Source of the DNA: Patescibacteria group bacterium
Lineage (GTDB): Bacteria; Patescibacteriota; Minisyncoccia; Ryanbacterales; GWA2-47-10b
DNA: 64,000 nt
Reading direction: 5' to 3'
NCBI GenBank assembly: GCA_038064855.1
Contig: JBBTSE010000007.1
Span: 18,079-82,078 of the forward strand
Positions within the stretch are counted from its first letter, which is position 1. Each line of letters begins with the position of its first letter. The translations under genes were made by a program, and so were the position numbers. The notes beneath the pieces were generated by a model. It saw only the letters and a program-made list of their open reading frames with translations. It made no database searches and was not told the origin of the DNA. Positions 17,871-30,161 of this stretch are shown here, one piece after another.

Positions 17871-18244
17871 AGTACACTCCTCGTATCTATGCCAAGGCAC
17901 TTATTGAGTCACTCGCGGGCGCGTCTGCGGCGGCTCATGAAGGTATCATCAAGCGATTTTTTGCCGCGGTACGAAGACGGGGGGATGTTCGTCGCGTGCC
18001 GGAGATTATAGAGGCGGTGCGTGAGACCCTGCGCAGACGCGTGGGCGGTAGGCTTGTCGAGATAGCATTTGCACGCCGTCACAAAAAATCTATACTCGAT
18101 TCGTTTCGCACCCTTTTTACAAAACATGATGAAGTAGTCTTTCGTACCGAACCCGAGCTCGCGGCTGGCGTGCGTATTACTATTGATGGTGAACGCGAGT
18201 TTGATCAGACTGCTGCGCGACGCATCAAAAAACTTTTTCGTTAA
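17867..18244 (+). CDS. atpH: ATP synthase F1 subunit delta (short form)
   Basis: YAKAL start; PELAAGVRI...D C-terminus; operon position. Confidence 0.85.
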   Translation: MKYTPRIYAKALIESLAGASAAAHEGIIKRFFAAVRRRGDVRRVPEIIEAVRETLRRRVGGRLVEIAFARRHKKSILDSFRTLFTKHDEVVFRTEPELAAGVRITIDGEREFDQTAARRIKKLFR

Positions 18245-18253
18245 ATAATAATT

Positions 18254-19780
18254 ATGCAATACGACCTTGTTGAAAAACTAAAAAAAGAAATCGCCGGTTT
18301 TCGTGACGAACCTAGCTTGGAGGCGGTAGGTACGGTCGTAGAAGCTGGTGACGGCATCACTAAAATTTCAGGGCTTTCCAAAGCACAATCGCAAGAGCTT
18401 TTGGTCGTCGAGACGCCCGACGGTGATATTTTTGCTGTCGCGTTTAACCTCGAAGAACATTTTATCGGTGCGGTGTTGCTCGGTGAGCCGACTGCTGTGC
18501 GCGTTGGCGCAAAGGTACGCGGTACGGGTGCGATCCTTTCGATCCCTGTCGGCAAAGAGATGATCGGTCGCGCCGTCAGTCCGTTGGGAGTTGCCGTCGA
18601 CGGCAAAGGCGCACTTTTCAAAGATATTGATGATGCAGAAACCGCGCCACTCGAGCGCAAGGCACCATCAGTCGTCGCGCGTGAATCAGTCAATGTGCCA
18701 TTACATACCGGCATCAAAGCTATCGATGCGATGATCCCGATTGGTAGAGGGCAGCGCGAGCTTATTATTGGCGATCGTCAGACTGGTAAGACCGCGATTG
18801 CTATCGATACTATTTTAAATCAGAAAAATGAATCAAATCGCCCCATTTGTATCTATGTAGCGATCGGTCAGAAGAGCGCAAAGATCGCGCGCATCATACG
18901 CGTACTCGAAGAAGCTGACGCGCTTAAATATACTATTGTGGTTTCTGCACCGGCATCAGCTCCTGCGGCATTGCAGTATTTAGCACCATTCGCTGGGTGT
19001 GCTATCGGCGAATATTTTATGGATCAGGGTAAAGATGTGCTGGTTGTTTATGACGATCTTTCAAAACACGCTGACGCGTATCGCGAGCTCTCGCTCTTGT
19101 TGCGCCGTCCGCCAGGACGCGAGGCGTATCCAGGTGATATTTTCTTTTTGCATTCGCGTTTACTTGAACGAGCCGCGCGTCTCTCGCGCGAGTTTGGTGG
19201 CGGGTCGCTGACTGCGCTCCCCATCATCGAGACCAAGCTCGGTGACATCTCGGCGTATGTGCCTACCAATGTCATCTCCATCACTGACGGGCAGATTTAT
19301 CTTGAATCCGATTTGTTTACCAAGGGTTTGCGCCCCGCGGTCAATGTAGGTCTTTCGGTCTCGCGTGTGGGATCTGCAGCACAAACTAAGGCGATCAAAA
19401 AAGTAGCAGGCCGTTTGCGTCTTGAGCTCGCGCAATTTCGTGAGCTTGAGGCCTTTGTGCAGTTTGCATCTGACCTCGATGATGCTACCAAAGCAAAAAT
19501 TCACCGTGGGCAGATTTTGACCGAAGTGCTCAAGCAGTCTGATCTCCAACCGCTCGCGTTTGAGCGCGAAGCGGTTATCTTGTTTGCCGCACTCGGTGGG
19601 TATGTCGATGAGATTCCACGCCCTCGCATTAAAGAGTTTGAGGCGGGCTTGTTGCAGTATATCGAATCAATGCAAGGCGATATTTTCACAAAGATCGCGT
19701 CAACTCGTATGATTGATGACGAGACCGAAGCCGCGCTGGTGGGTGCTATCAAATCGTTTATAGAAGTGTTTACAAAATAA
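18254..19780 (+). CDS. atpA: ATP synthase F1 subunit alpha
   Basis: [26 protein letters not shown]. Confidence 0.99.
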   Translation: MQYDLVEKLKKEIAGFRDEPSLEAVGTVVEAGDGITKISGLSKAQSQELLVVETPDGDIFAVAFNLEEHFIGAVLLGEPTAVRVGAKVRGTGAILSIPVGKEMIGRAVSPLGVAVDGKGALFKDIDDAETAPLERKAPSVVARESVNVPLHTGIKAIDAMIPIGRGQRELIIGDRQTGKTAIAIDTILNQKNESNRPICIYVAIGQKSAKIARIIRVLEEADALKYTIVVSAPASAPAALQYLAPFAGCAIGEYFMDQGKDVLVVYDDLSKHADAYRELSLLLRRPPGREAYPGDIFFLHSRLLERAARLSREFGGGSLTALPIIETKLGDISAYVPTNVISITDGQIYLESDLFTKGLRPAVNVGLSVSRVGSAAQTKAIKKVAGRLRLELAQFRELEAFVQFASDLDDATKAKIHRGQILTEVLKQSDLQPLAFEREAVILFAALGGYVDEIPRPRIKEFEAGLLQYIESMQGDIFTKIASTRMIDDETEAALVGAIKSFIEVFTK

Positions 19781-19781
19781 T

Positions 19782-22317
<2,536 letters not shown>

Positions 22318-22328
22318 ATCCTTCTTTT

Positions 22329-24020
22329 ATGGAAAGACATACGCCTTCAGGATTTTCCCATTTTTTTGCAGAAGCAAAGCACAATTGGAAAGCCGCGCTT
22401 ACAGTCTCGCTGGTCGCTATTCCTCTTTCTATATCACTCGCAGTTGCTGCAGGAGCTACACCAACCCAAGGCATCGTGACCGCTATCTGGGCGGGTGTCA
22501 TCGCAGGTATTTTTGGTGGCAGTAATTACAATATTACCGGTCCCACGGGCGCGCTCTCGGGCTTACTAGCAACATTTGTATTTATACACGGCGCCAATAG
22601 TTTGTGGCTTCTCTCAATGCTGGTTGGAGCGCTTATCTTGGTGGCGTGGTTTTTTCGCTTGGAACGTTATTTGATCTATATCCCCGCAAACACTATACAA
22701 GGGTTTACACTCGGTGTTGCCTTTATCATTGGGCTCAATCAGTTTAACTTTGCGTTCGGGCTGTCAGGACTTCCCAAGCATGAAGCTTTTATCGACAACC
22801 TTATTGAATCTTTCCGCCACATCGGCGATTCGTCTCTTGCTGCTATTCTCACTTTCGCCACTTTCTTTTTTTTAATGTTTACGATCGAGCGCGTTTGGAA
22901 GAAGATACCGAAAATGCCGCATTTGCCCGCGGCTGTTATTTTGACGCCTTTCGGTATTCTTCTCGGATATTTGTCTGCAACAGGTACAGTAGCTTTGGGG
23001 TTACAAACACTCGGCATGCGCTATGCTGATATTGCTCCACGGCTTTTCTTGCCGTATTCTTTTCAATTCCACATTGACCGATCTTTGTTTGTTGTCGCGA
23101 CGACGATCGCGCTTATCGCTATTTTAGAGACCATGCTTTCGGCAAAAATCGCTGATGGCATGACCAAGACCAAGCACAACAAACGCAATGAAATGTTGGG
23201 GTTGGGCCTCGCAAACCTTGCATCAGGATTCGCCGGTGGCATTCCCGCTACTGCCGCTCTCGCGCGTACCGCGCTCAATATCAAAAGCGGCGGCACACAC
23301 AAGTCATCCGCGGTGATGAGCTCGTTGTTCGTGGCCCTTATCTCGTTTGCGCTTTTATCGTCGTTTCAATATATACCGCTCGCGGTAATCGCGGCGATAT
23401 TGGTGACAGTCGCGGTGCGTATGGTTGAGCGCGAGCATTTCCGCCGCATGTGGGTGATTGATAAAAAGAGTTTTATCATCTCGCTTGTGGTCGCCAGCAT
23501 CACTATTTATGAAGATCCAATCGCTGGTATCTTGGTGGGTGCTGCGGTGTCGCTCGTACTCTTTCTTGATACGCTCTCGCGCGGTCAGTTTGATCTTGTA
23601 ATCAACGATACCAACAAAAAAATCGTAGGCCGGCTCTCTGGTCATGACATTGGCCAGATCACACAAAACTCTCACACGCTGGTATATTCTATCAAGGGGC
23701 ATTTGACCTATGTTGATAGTCAGGCGCACATCTCGCGATTTGAACTCAATCTCAATGGGTATGAAAATATCATTTTGCGTCTGCGAGAATTGTATTTCGT
23801 CGATCTTGATGGAGTTGACGCGTTTGATGAAATTATCTCAATCATCGAGCAACGCGGCAGAAAAGTATATATCACCGGAGCCAATGATTTAACGATTCAT
23901 ATCTTGCGTCAGAGTCATGCATTCAAGAGGCTCGAAAAAAATGATCAGGTATTTCCTCATACCGCCGATGCGCTCGAAAAGCTCGGGTTTGATCTCAACG
24001 TCGCGCACGAGTATCAATAA
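22329..24020 (+). CDS. SulP/SLC26 anion transporter with STAS domain
   Basis: VAIPLSISLAVAAG, GPTGA, GLANLASGFAGG, RTALNI; C-terminal STAS (VDLDG). Confidence 0.95.
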   Translation: MERHTPSGFSHFFAEAKHNWKAALTVSLVAIPLSISLAVAAGATPTQGIVTAIWAGVIAGIFGGSNYNITGPTGALSGLLATFVFIHGANSLWLLSMLVGALILVAWFFRLERYLIYIPANTIQGFTLGVAFIIGLNQFNFAFGLSGLPKHEAFIDNLIESFRHIGDSSLAAILTFATFFFLMFTIERVWKKIPKMPHLPAAVILTPFGILLGYLSATGTVALGLQTLGMRYADIAPRLFLPYSFQFHIDRSLFVVATTIALIAILETMLSAKIADGMTKTKHNKRNEMLGLGLANLASGFAGGIPATAALARTALNIKSGGTHKSSAVMSSLFVALISFALLSSFQYIPLAVIAAILVTVAVRMVEREHFRRMWVIDKKSFIISLVVASITIYEDPIAGILVGAAVSLVLFLDTLSRGQFDLVINDTNKKIVGRLSGHDIGQITQNSHTLVYSIKGHLTYVDSQAHISRFELNLNGYENIILRLRELYFVDLDGVDAFDEIISIIEQRGRKVYITGANDLTIHILRQSHAFKRLEKNDQVFPHTADALEKLGFDLNVAHEYQ

Positions 24021-24030
24021 TACTTAGCAG

Positions 24031-24071
24031 AAAAAGAAAAAAGGCCCATGCAATACTATTGCGTGGGCCTT
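24031..24071. terminator. Intrinsic terminator between convergent genes
   Basis: A-tract followed by AAGGCCCATGCAATA-C-TATTGCGTGGGCCTT stem. Confidence 0.8.
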
Positions 24072-24086
24072 GTGCGTTGTGGTCGC

Positions 24087-24929
24087 CTAGGCGGCCATGA
24101 TGTATTCGGTGAGAACGTCGGCGATCTTGGGGTTGCGCCTCGGATCGACTTTCGTCGCATCGACTTCCGTGAGCTGCTTGGGATCGAGGTAGTAGGTGCG
24201 GAGTTTGCGCCGTCGCCACCAGCCGGACTTTTTGCCGTAGTCGACCTGACACATGCAGGTCACCTTGAGCCGCGGAAGAGATGTCGCCTTTTCCAGCTCA
24301 CCATTTTCGGCGAGTCTGACGGCTTCTGCCGTACGGACTCTTTCGTATTCGGCGACGATCCGGTCGCGAGCGACGATGAGGTCATGGAATTGCTCATCGA
24401 TAGTGAACTTGTGCTTGGCGAGCTTGAGACATGAGCAGTGGTCGAACAATACGATCTGGTAGATGCCCTTGAGCGCGATCGCGTCCATGATTTCGGCGAG
24501 CAGGTCCTTGTCGGTCGCGCGGCCTTGGATGTTGGTACGTGATCCGCGTACCAGTCGGTGCGCGCCCGCATGCCAGCTCATCACGTGCATGCGTGGGTAG
24601 ATGTACAGGAACGCCCAGATGAAGAGTAGCGAGGTACGCTTCATCCAGCTTGCGATGCGCGTGCTCCACCGGTGCTTGGTGGCGAACATGCCTGCGATAG
24701 ACAGGAGTCCACCCAAAAACCGGTCGCCGTCAGGGCACATGATGACGATCACGCCTTTTTCCAGCTCAAGCTGGTCATGCGCTACGTCATCGAGGACGCG
24801 GACGTTCGGGTGCCGGTAGAATCGTATGGCGCGGTAATCTGCGTCAGGCAGATGAGCACAGTACTGCGGTGGTATGAGCTTGGCAAGCCGTGCTCGGGCG
24901 CTGTTGGTTGCGAGGCCCTCTTTTTTCAC
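24087..24929 (-). CDS. Hypothetical protein with beta-carbonic-anhydrase-like Zn motifs
   Basis: CPDGDR and HCSC motifs; SD GGAGGGG before GTG; GC3-rich codons. Confidence 0.6.
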   Translation of the reverse strand: MKKEGLATNSARARLAKLIPPQYCAHLPDADYRAIRFYRHPNVRVLDDVAHDQLELEKGVIVIMCPDGDRFLGGLLSIAGMFATKHRWSTRIASWMKRTSLLFIWAFLYIYPRMHVMSWHAGAHRLVRGSRTNIQGRATDKDLLAEIMDAIALKGIYQIVLFDHCSCLKLAKHKFTIDEQFHDLIVARDRIVAEYERVRTAEAVRLAENGELEKATSLPRLKVTCMCQVDYGKKSGWWRRRKLRTYYLDPKQLTEVDATKVDPRRNPKIADVLTEYIMAA

Positions 24930-25036
24930 ATCCCCTCCATATTACTTGGCTTGAAAGGTTCTAAACACAAAAGGAACCTCGCGGTTCCTTCTCCATGTCA
25001 AGTAAACCCCCGCGCGGGAGGGTTGTCAATGACGCG

Positions 25037-26266
25037 CTAGGGGCGCTCGGGTACTAGATTGACTTCTATTACTTCAGGAGATTTGCCGATGGTCAGCTGG
25101 ATGTTTGGCGGGGAGAGTGAGATGACTGAAAAGGTCAGAGGCCGTTTGACCATATTGTCATCGATGACTAGTTTTCGTTTGCCGGGAGCAAACCCGATTG
25201 CGTCAACCAATACTTCGAGTGATGCAGGGTCAAGTTGGTCAAACGCGCGTCCGCGCGATTCGAGTGTGATCGTGATCGTTTTGGGGTTTGAGTTTTCTAC
25301 CACCAGCGTTTCGCTCAGATTGCGATAGGTGATGGGTACAACAAAATCACGCCTAATCGTACCCGTTTGGTACACCAAGAAAAACCAAAGAACCAGAGAG
25401 ATCGCGAGTGCGCCCACTTTTTCTTTCGTATTTCTGCGTACGATATTGTGCCAAATGGGTGAGGCCTCGCGCGGAAATTTTACACGGAAAAAATCTCGCA
25501 TTCTATCTTCTACTTTGCCGATGTCATCAAAGGTTTCGAGCTTACCGTTTTGCGCGATTGATATCTGCCCGCGTTCTTCCGATACGATGAGTGCGAGCGC
25601 GTCAGAGCGTTCGGCGATACCCAGGCCCGCTGCATGTCGCGTGCCAAATTTGCCTATTTGATCGAAATCATGCGAGAGCGGCAGGTGCGTGCCCAGTATG
25701 GCGATACGATTGTGTCTGATGATGACGGCACCATCATGTCCGGGTGAGGTCGGATCAAAAATACTCTCGAGTAGTTCTTGTGAGACGATGCCGTCAACCA
25801 CACGCCCACCTTCAACATGCCGGTCGATATTTTCCGCGCCAGCGATGATGACGAGTGCGCCAATCTTGCGATACGCAAGGTTAGTCGCGGCCTGCAACAA
25901 GCTGTTGATGAGTGGCGAGACTTCCATAGCTTCGTCGCGCTGTTCGCGGCGCGTGCCAAGGAGTGCGAGAAATTCAAAAAACCTACGCAGTTCATCCTGA
26001 AAGATTACTACGAGCACTACGATGAATGCGCCAAAGAATGCGCGGAGTATGAGCGAGGTTAGATAGAGATTGAATACTTGCGAGAAGGCATAAATACCGA
26101 CTACGATCGCGATACCCGCAAATACCGAGTTTGATCGCGTGCGCCGAAAGAGCATGAGTCCCGCGTACATGATGACGGTGACCATGAGTACATCAAAAAC
26201 ATCGGTGAAATATAATTCACGCGCGAGCTTTGAGAAGGGTAAAATCACCGCAAGTACCTCTGGCAT
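25037..26266 (-). CDS. dacA: Membrane diadenylate cyclase (CdaA/DacA) fused to a YbbR/CdaR-like domain
   Basis: Three N-terminal TMs, FQDELRR, HDGA, GTRH; then TM and a YbbR-like segment (VPITYRNL, PKTITITL, SPPNIQL). Confidence 0.93.
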   Translation of the reverse strand: MPEVLAVILPFSKLARELYFTDVFDVLMVTVIMYAGLMLFRRTRSNSVFAGIAIVVGIYAFSQVFNLYLTSLILRAFFGAFIVVLVVIFQDELRRFFEFLALLGTRREQRDEAMEVSPLINSLLQAATNLAYRKIGALVIIAGAENIDRHVEGGRVVDGIVSQELLESIFDPTSPGHDGAVIIRHNRIAILGTHLPLSHDFDQIGKFGTRHAAGLGIAERSDALALIVSEERGQISIAQNGKLETFDDIGKVEDRMRDFFRVKFPREASPIWHNIVRRNTKEKVGALAISLVLWFFLVYQTGTIRRDFVVPITYRNLSETLVVENSNPKTITITLESRGRAFDQLDPASLEVLVDAIGFAPGKRKLVIDDNMVKRPLTFSVISLSPPNIQLTIGKSPEVIEVNLVPERP

Positions 26267-26319
26267 ACGACTACTCTACCATATTGAAAAAAGCCCTTCC
26301 ACCTGCTAGGGTTATGGCG

Positions 26320-27711
26320 ATGAAGTCAATCACTTTTAGCTTTGCCGACCAGCTTCCTAAGGGCAAGGATATTGCCCGTGTGGTGCCCGTTGAGTCAAAA
26401 GACACCGAGGTTACGCGTACCAAAACGGGTAGCCGCGAGATTCGTATTGGTGTAGATGCATTCAAAAAGATGACGCGCCGCAAGCTCCAGACACTCTTTC
26501 GCCGCGTGATCACAATCGCCAAGCAAAACCGCATCAAACAGTTAGCAATAGATATGAATGACTTTGCGTTTGCAAACTTGGCACTTCCCATACGCGATGT
26601 TGGTCAGATGGCGGCTATCAACATGCAGCTCGCAAACTTTGAGTTTATCCGCTACAAAACCAAACCCAAAGAAGGTTGGAATCTCGTAGAAAAAATAACT
26701 ATCAAAGGCGCCAAAAGCAAAGACATGCGCGAAGGTTTTCGTAGGGGTCAGATTATATCTGGCGAGATAAATAAAATGCGTGAGCTTGCCAATACGCCGG
26801 GAGGTGAGATGACGCCCGCAGTACTCGCCAAGGCGGCGATGGACGCGGCAGACGATACGGATATCAATGTGCAGGTACTCGGTGTGATCGAGATGGAGCT
26901 TTTGGGCATGGGCGGTATTCTTGGCGTTGGCAAAGGATCAGACTCTGAACCAAAGTTTATCGTGATGGAGTATATGGCAGGCGAGTTGGGGCAAAAACCT
27001 ATCGTGCTCGTCGGCAAAGGAATCACTTTTGATACAGGAGGGCTCAATCTCAAACCGGGTATGTCGATGGAAGAGATGCATATGGATATGTCAGGAGGGG
27101 CGGCTGTCATCCATGCGATTACTGCTGCAGCCAAGCTGGGTGTGAAGCGCAATATTGTGGCGCTCGTACCTGCCGCAGAAAATATGCCGTCAGGTAGAAG
27201 TTATCGTATGGGTGATGTATTGCGTACTATGAATGGCAAGACGATTGAGATCGGCCACACTGATGCCGAAGGCCGCGTGGTACTCGCAGACGCGCTTGAA
27301 TATTCAAAACGCTACAAACCCGAAGTTGTTATCGATGTAGCCACACTGACAGGTGCGGCCCAAGTAGCACTCGGGCAAAAAGCGTCAGCATTTTTTGCCA
27401 CTGACGAAATACTTGAGAAAAAAATACGCGAGCTCGGTGAAAAGTCTGGCGACTATGTCTGGCCGTTTCCACTGTGGGAAGAATACGAGAGCATGATCAA
27501 GGGCACCTTTGCTGATGTGACCAATTCGAGCAAAACGCGCGGAGCAGGCGCCATTGAGGGCGCAATGTTTTTGTGGCAATTTATCAAAGGTACGCCGTGG
27601 GTGCATATCGATATGGCGCCGCGTATGAGTTCTGCGGAAGGCGATTTTTTGGCCAAGGGTTCAACCGGTGAGCCCATGCGTTTACTCATCGCCTTTCTTG
27701 AGTCACAATAG
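26320..27711 (+). CDS. pepA: Leucyl aminopeptidase (M17)
   Basis: GKGITFDTGG, MHMDMSGGA, AENMPSG, HTDAEGR, ATLTGA, HIDMA. Confidence 0.96.
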   Translation: MKSITFSFADQLPKGKDIARVVPVESKDTEVTRTKTGSREIRIGVDAFKKMTRRKLQTLFRRVITIAKQNRIKQLAIDMNDFAFANLALPIRDVGQMAAINMQLANFEFIRYKTKPKEGWNLVEKITIKGAKSKDMREGFRRGQIISGEINKMRELANTPGGEMTPAVLAKAAMDAADDTDINVQVLGVIEMELLGMGGILGVGKGSDSEPKFIVMEYMAGELGQKPIVLVGKGITFDTGGLNLKPGMSMEEMHMDMSGGAAVIHAITAAAKLGVKRNIVALVPAAENMPSGRSYRMGDVLRTMNGKTIEIGHTDAEGRVVLADALEYSKRYKPEVVIDVATLTGAAQVALGQKASAFFATDEILEKKIRELGEKSGDYVWPFPLWEEYESMIKGTFADVTNSSKTRGAGAIEGAMFLWQFIKGTPWVHIDMAPRMSSAEGDFLAKGSTGEPMRLLIAFLESQ

Positions 27712-27715
27712 ATAG

Positions 27716-27973
27716 GTGACATTTCGCGATAAAGTTTTTGCAATAGTAAAAAAGATTCCTCGGGGTAAGGTGCTCACCTATAGCGAGGTAGCTCGTCGCG
27801 CGGGTAGCCCGCGTGCACAGCGTGCGGTGGGTAATATCATCGGCACCAATCGCAGCCCACGGATTCCGTGTCATCGGGTGATACGCACTGACGGCAAGAT
27901 AGGCGGATATAGTATGGGTGGCACGCGCGTCAAAGAAAAAAAGTTACGAGCTGAAGGATATATACTTCTCTAA
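27716..27973 (+). CDS. O6-methylguanine-DNA methyltransferase, stand-alone DNA-binding/active-site domain
   Basis: IPRGKVLTY, RAVG, IPCHRV. Confidence 0.92.
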   Translation: MTFRDKVFAIVKKIPRGKVLTYSEVARRAGSPRAQRAVGNIIGTNRSPRIPCHRVIRTDGKIGGYSMGGTRVKEKKLRAEGYILL

Positions 27974-28690
27974 ATGATACTCAAGGCGATTATTATATTT
28001 TTGGTAGTTTATACACTCGCGTCTGGCGCGCGTTTTTGGTTTTATTTGCGACGCGCGAAGTTGCTCATGAGCTCAACCCCTCGGCAAGATTATGTGATTG
28101 CAGGTGGCGAGAAAAAACTATCAGTCACAATTTTGGGTGATAGTACGGCGGTAGGTACAGGAGCGAGTGGCTATACTAAAACCTATCACTATCAATTTTT
28201 AGAACGACACAAAAACAACTATTCTTTTGATGTACAAAATAAAGGTGTGGTAGGCGCGCGCACCGCTGACCTTGCGCGTCAGATTGAGAGTATGGGGCAC
28301 AGTGACCTTGCCATCATATCGATAGGTGGCAATGATGTGACGCATGGTACCGAGTGGGCGAGTGTTGAACGAGACTTGTCAGGTGCGCTTGGCGCGGTAT
28401 CACAAAAAGCAAAGCGTGTAGTGCTGCTGACCCCGGGTGATTTGGGCGATGTGCTGATAGTGCCGTATCCACTGCGTAAATATTGGGCGACTAAAAGTCC
28501 CAAACTAAGTGTGCTTGCCGCGCGCGTTGCGAGTGATAAAAAAATAACGCATATCGATATTTATGCGCTTGGTGGTACGCAGTTTCGCGATGAGCCGTAT
28601 GTATATTATGCGAGCGATCTTTTTCATCCGAGTGATGCTGGATACAAGCTGTGGGCAGATGCGCTCGATGCAAAAGTAAATTTTGAATAA
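27974..28690 (+). CDS. SGNH/GDSL hydrolase, membrane-anchored
   Basis: LGDSTAVG, G, GGND, DLFHP blocks. Confidence 0.93.
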   Translation: MILKAIIIFLVVYTLASGARFWFYLRRAKLLMSSTPRQDYVIAGGEKKLSVTILGDSTAVGTGASGYTKTYHYQFLERHKNNYSFDVQNKGVVGARTADLARQIESMGHSDLAIISIGGNDVTHGTEWASVERDLSGALGAVSQKAKRVVLLTPGDLGDVLIVPYPLRKYWATKSPKLSVLAARVASDKKITHIDIYALGGTQFRDEPYVYYASDLFHPSDAGYKLWADALDAKVNFE

Positions 28691-28720
28691 AAAAATGCCA
28701 ACCGGTGTTGCCGGTTGGCG
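28689..28720. terminator. Intrinsic terminator
   Basis: A-tract followed by GCCAACCGG-TGTTG-CCGGTTGGC. Confidence 0.75.
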
Positions 28721-28742
28721 TGAGTCGCGCTGTGCGCGACGA

Positions 28743-28989
28743 TCAGGGTGCGAGGCCGATGGTGAGCGGGTACGCGAGGGGTTCGGAGAACGGGAGAGCC
28801 ACTTCGGAGATCTGAAGCGTATCTTGGAAGGTGTTTGAGTAGCTTCTACACCCCGCGCTAGTAAGACTGGAAACGGCAGTCCGCGTTGTCGGCGAGGAAG
28901 CCGATGAGGAAGGCGAGTAGGATCGCCGTGTGGTTGAGCATCGCCCAGATGTCCATCTTGCCGGTCGGTCGCTTTGCGTTCGAGTTCAT
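28743..28989 (-). pseudogene. Small membrane protein gene with an apparent single-base frameshift
   Basis: ATG at 28989 with SD AAAGGAAAGG gives 43 aa to TAG at 28858; GC3-biased coding continues in the shifted frame to TGA at 28743. Confidence 0.5.
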
Positions 28990-29087
28990 GATCTCTATCC
29001 TTTCCTTTGTCAGGAGAGCTCTTCGCTCTCGTTGTTGAAGATCAAGTTCGATATATTAGTGCCATACAAACGCCTGTTTGTCTATAT

Positions 29088-29351
29088 TTATCGTTTTCGG
29101 TAGGTGGTAGAAGCACGTCGCTCGATTGCGGTAATATCGACAAGACAGTCTTTCGTATAGAGGTCAAAAAGAATACGCCAAGCGCCAACCCTGCGCCGAT
29201 AGCTTGTCTCTAATCCTTTGAGCTTTATCGTATCACCAGCGAGCGGATCCGCATACATGTCTCGGATCGCATGTTCCATATGCTCGCGCTCTTTTTGTGG
29301 AGCTTTAGCGATATTTTTTGCCGCTCTTTTGCGAAGCGAGATATTCCACAT
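29088..29351 (-). CDS. RelE/ParE family type II toxin
   Basis: MWNISLRKRAAK...DP...KLKG...YRRRVGAWRILF...IERR. Confidence 0.92.
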   Translation of the reverse strand: MWNISLRKRAAKNIAKAPQKEREHMEHAIRDMYADPLAGDTIKLKGLETSYRRRVGAWRILFDLYTKDCLVDITAIERRASTTYRKR

Positions 29352-29619
29352 GAGCAAAGAAGTCATCAATAGTCATGGACTCTGATGCGCGGCCTTTTTT
29401 GATCGCCTGCAATTCGGTAGATGTTGGCGTGCGGGTAGAGATAGGGCGCAATGGAATAGTTGACGCTTTACCAGATTCCGCAAGTATAAGCTCTTCGAGA
29501 TATGAAGAGCGGCTTCGCTTCCATACTTTTGCGCGTTCTGTGACAAGGCGGCTCATCGCTGGTTTAAGCGCGAAGCTGGTAGGTCTCCGTTTTTCGGAAG
29601 TTTCTTTTATTTTAGGCAT
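29305..29619 (-). CDS. Cognate antitoxin with a putative ribbon-helix-helix domain
   Basis: Upstream of and overlapping the toxin; TSFAL...SRSSYLEELI; C-terminal ELQAIKKGR...MTIDDF. Confidence 0.75.
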   Translation of the reverse strand: MPKIKETSEKRRPTSFALKPAMSRLVTERAKVWKRSRSSYLEELILAESGKASTIPLRPISTRTPTSTELQAIKKGRASESMTIDDFFAHVEYLASQKSGKKYR

Positions 29620-29699
29620 ATATACTAATTCCTAGTGCAAAGTTAGTGTATCATATATCTTATTGTGCTGTCTATATAAAAAATCCCCCCGAGCACTTG

Positions 29700-29861
29700 C
29701 TAGTGCTGCGGGGGTTTGGTGCGCCCGAGGCGCTCTTCGCGTTCTTTGTACTCTTGGTCTGCCAAGACTTCGAGGTCTTTGGCGGCTTGTTTGATGCGTC
29801 GGCCAAGGCCAACGGCGAGGAGTGCCATTACGGTGCCGCCTAGGATGATCTTCACGATCAT
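29700..29861 (-). CDS. Small single-TM protein, 53 aa (MIVKIILGGTVMALLAVGLGRRIKQAAKDLEVLADQEYKEREERLGRTKPPQH)
   Basis: Manual translation; TGATG-coupled to the upstream ORF; ends in the terminator hairpin at ~29679-29717. Confidence 0.7.
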   Translation of the reverse strand: MIVKIILGGTVMALLAVGLGRRIKQAAKDLEVLADQEYKEREERLGRTKPPQH

Positions 29862-29974
29862 CAGTCTACTCCGCCAGAGCGCTTGCGATCTTGTCTATTT
29901 GAAAGAAGCGCGCCCACGAGCAGTAGCACCAGCGCCACCGCGACGACGACACCAGCCCACATTGCCACGGTCAT
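29861..29974 (-). CDS. Small single-TM protein, 37 aa (MTVAMWAGVVVAVALVLLLVGALLSNRQDRKRSGGVD)
   Basis: Manual translation; SD AAGGAGG; TGATG coupling at both ends. Confidence 0.72.
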   Translation of the reverse strand: MTVAMWAGVVVAVALVLLLVGALLSNRQDRKRSGGVD

Positions 29975-30099
29975 CACTCCTCCTTGTTGTACTCCCAGAT
30001 CTCTTCGTTTGATTGTTCGATGGCGTTGGCTACGAAGTAGCCGAGGCCAAACAGTGACGCACCACAGACCGCAACGAATCCAAGAACTTGCAACAACAC
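29974..30099 (-). CDS. Small single-TM protein, 41 aa (MLLQVLGFVAVCGASLFGLGYFVANAIEQSNEEIWEYNKEE)
   Basis: Manual translation; SD GGAGG before GTG; own promoter. Confidence 0.72.
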   Translation of the reverse strand: MLLQVLGFVAVCGASLFGLGYFVANAIEQSNEEIWEYNKEE

Positions 30100-30132
30100 G
30101 ATACTTCCTCCAAGGTTCTGAGTTCAGAAAAT

Positions 30133-30161
30133 ATCTTACCTGTTTTTTACTCTTTTGTCAA
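30133..30161 (-). promoter_or_regulatory. Sigma-70 promoter for the three-peptide operon
   Basis: TTGACA-17 bp-TAAGAT on the minus strand. Confidence 0.8.

Noticed and set aside
24971-24990. AAGGAAC-N6-GTTCCTT as a second LexA box
   Set aside because: Spacer is 6 rather than 4 and the flanks differ; it may be another operator but is unsupported
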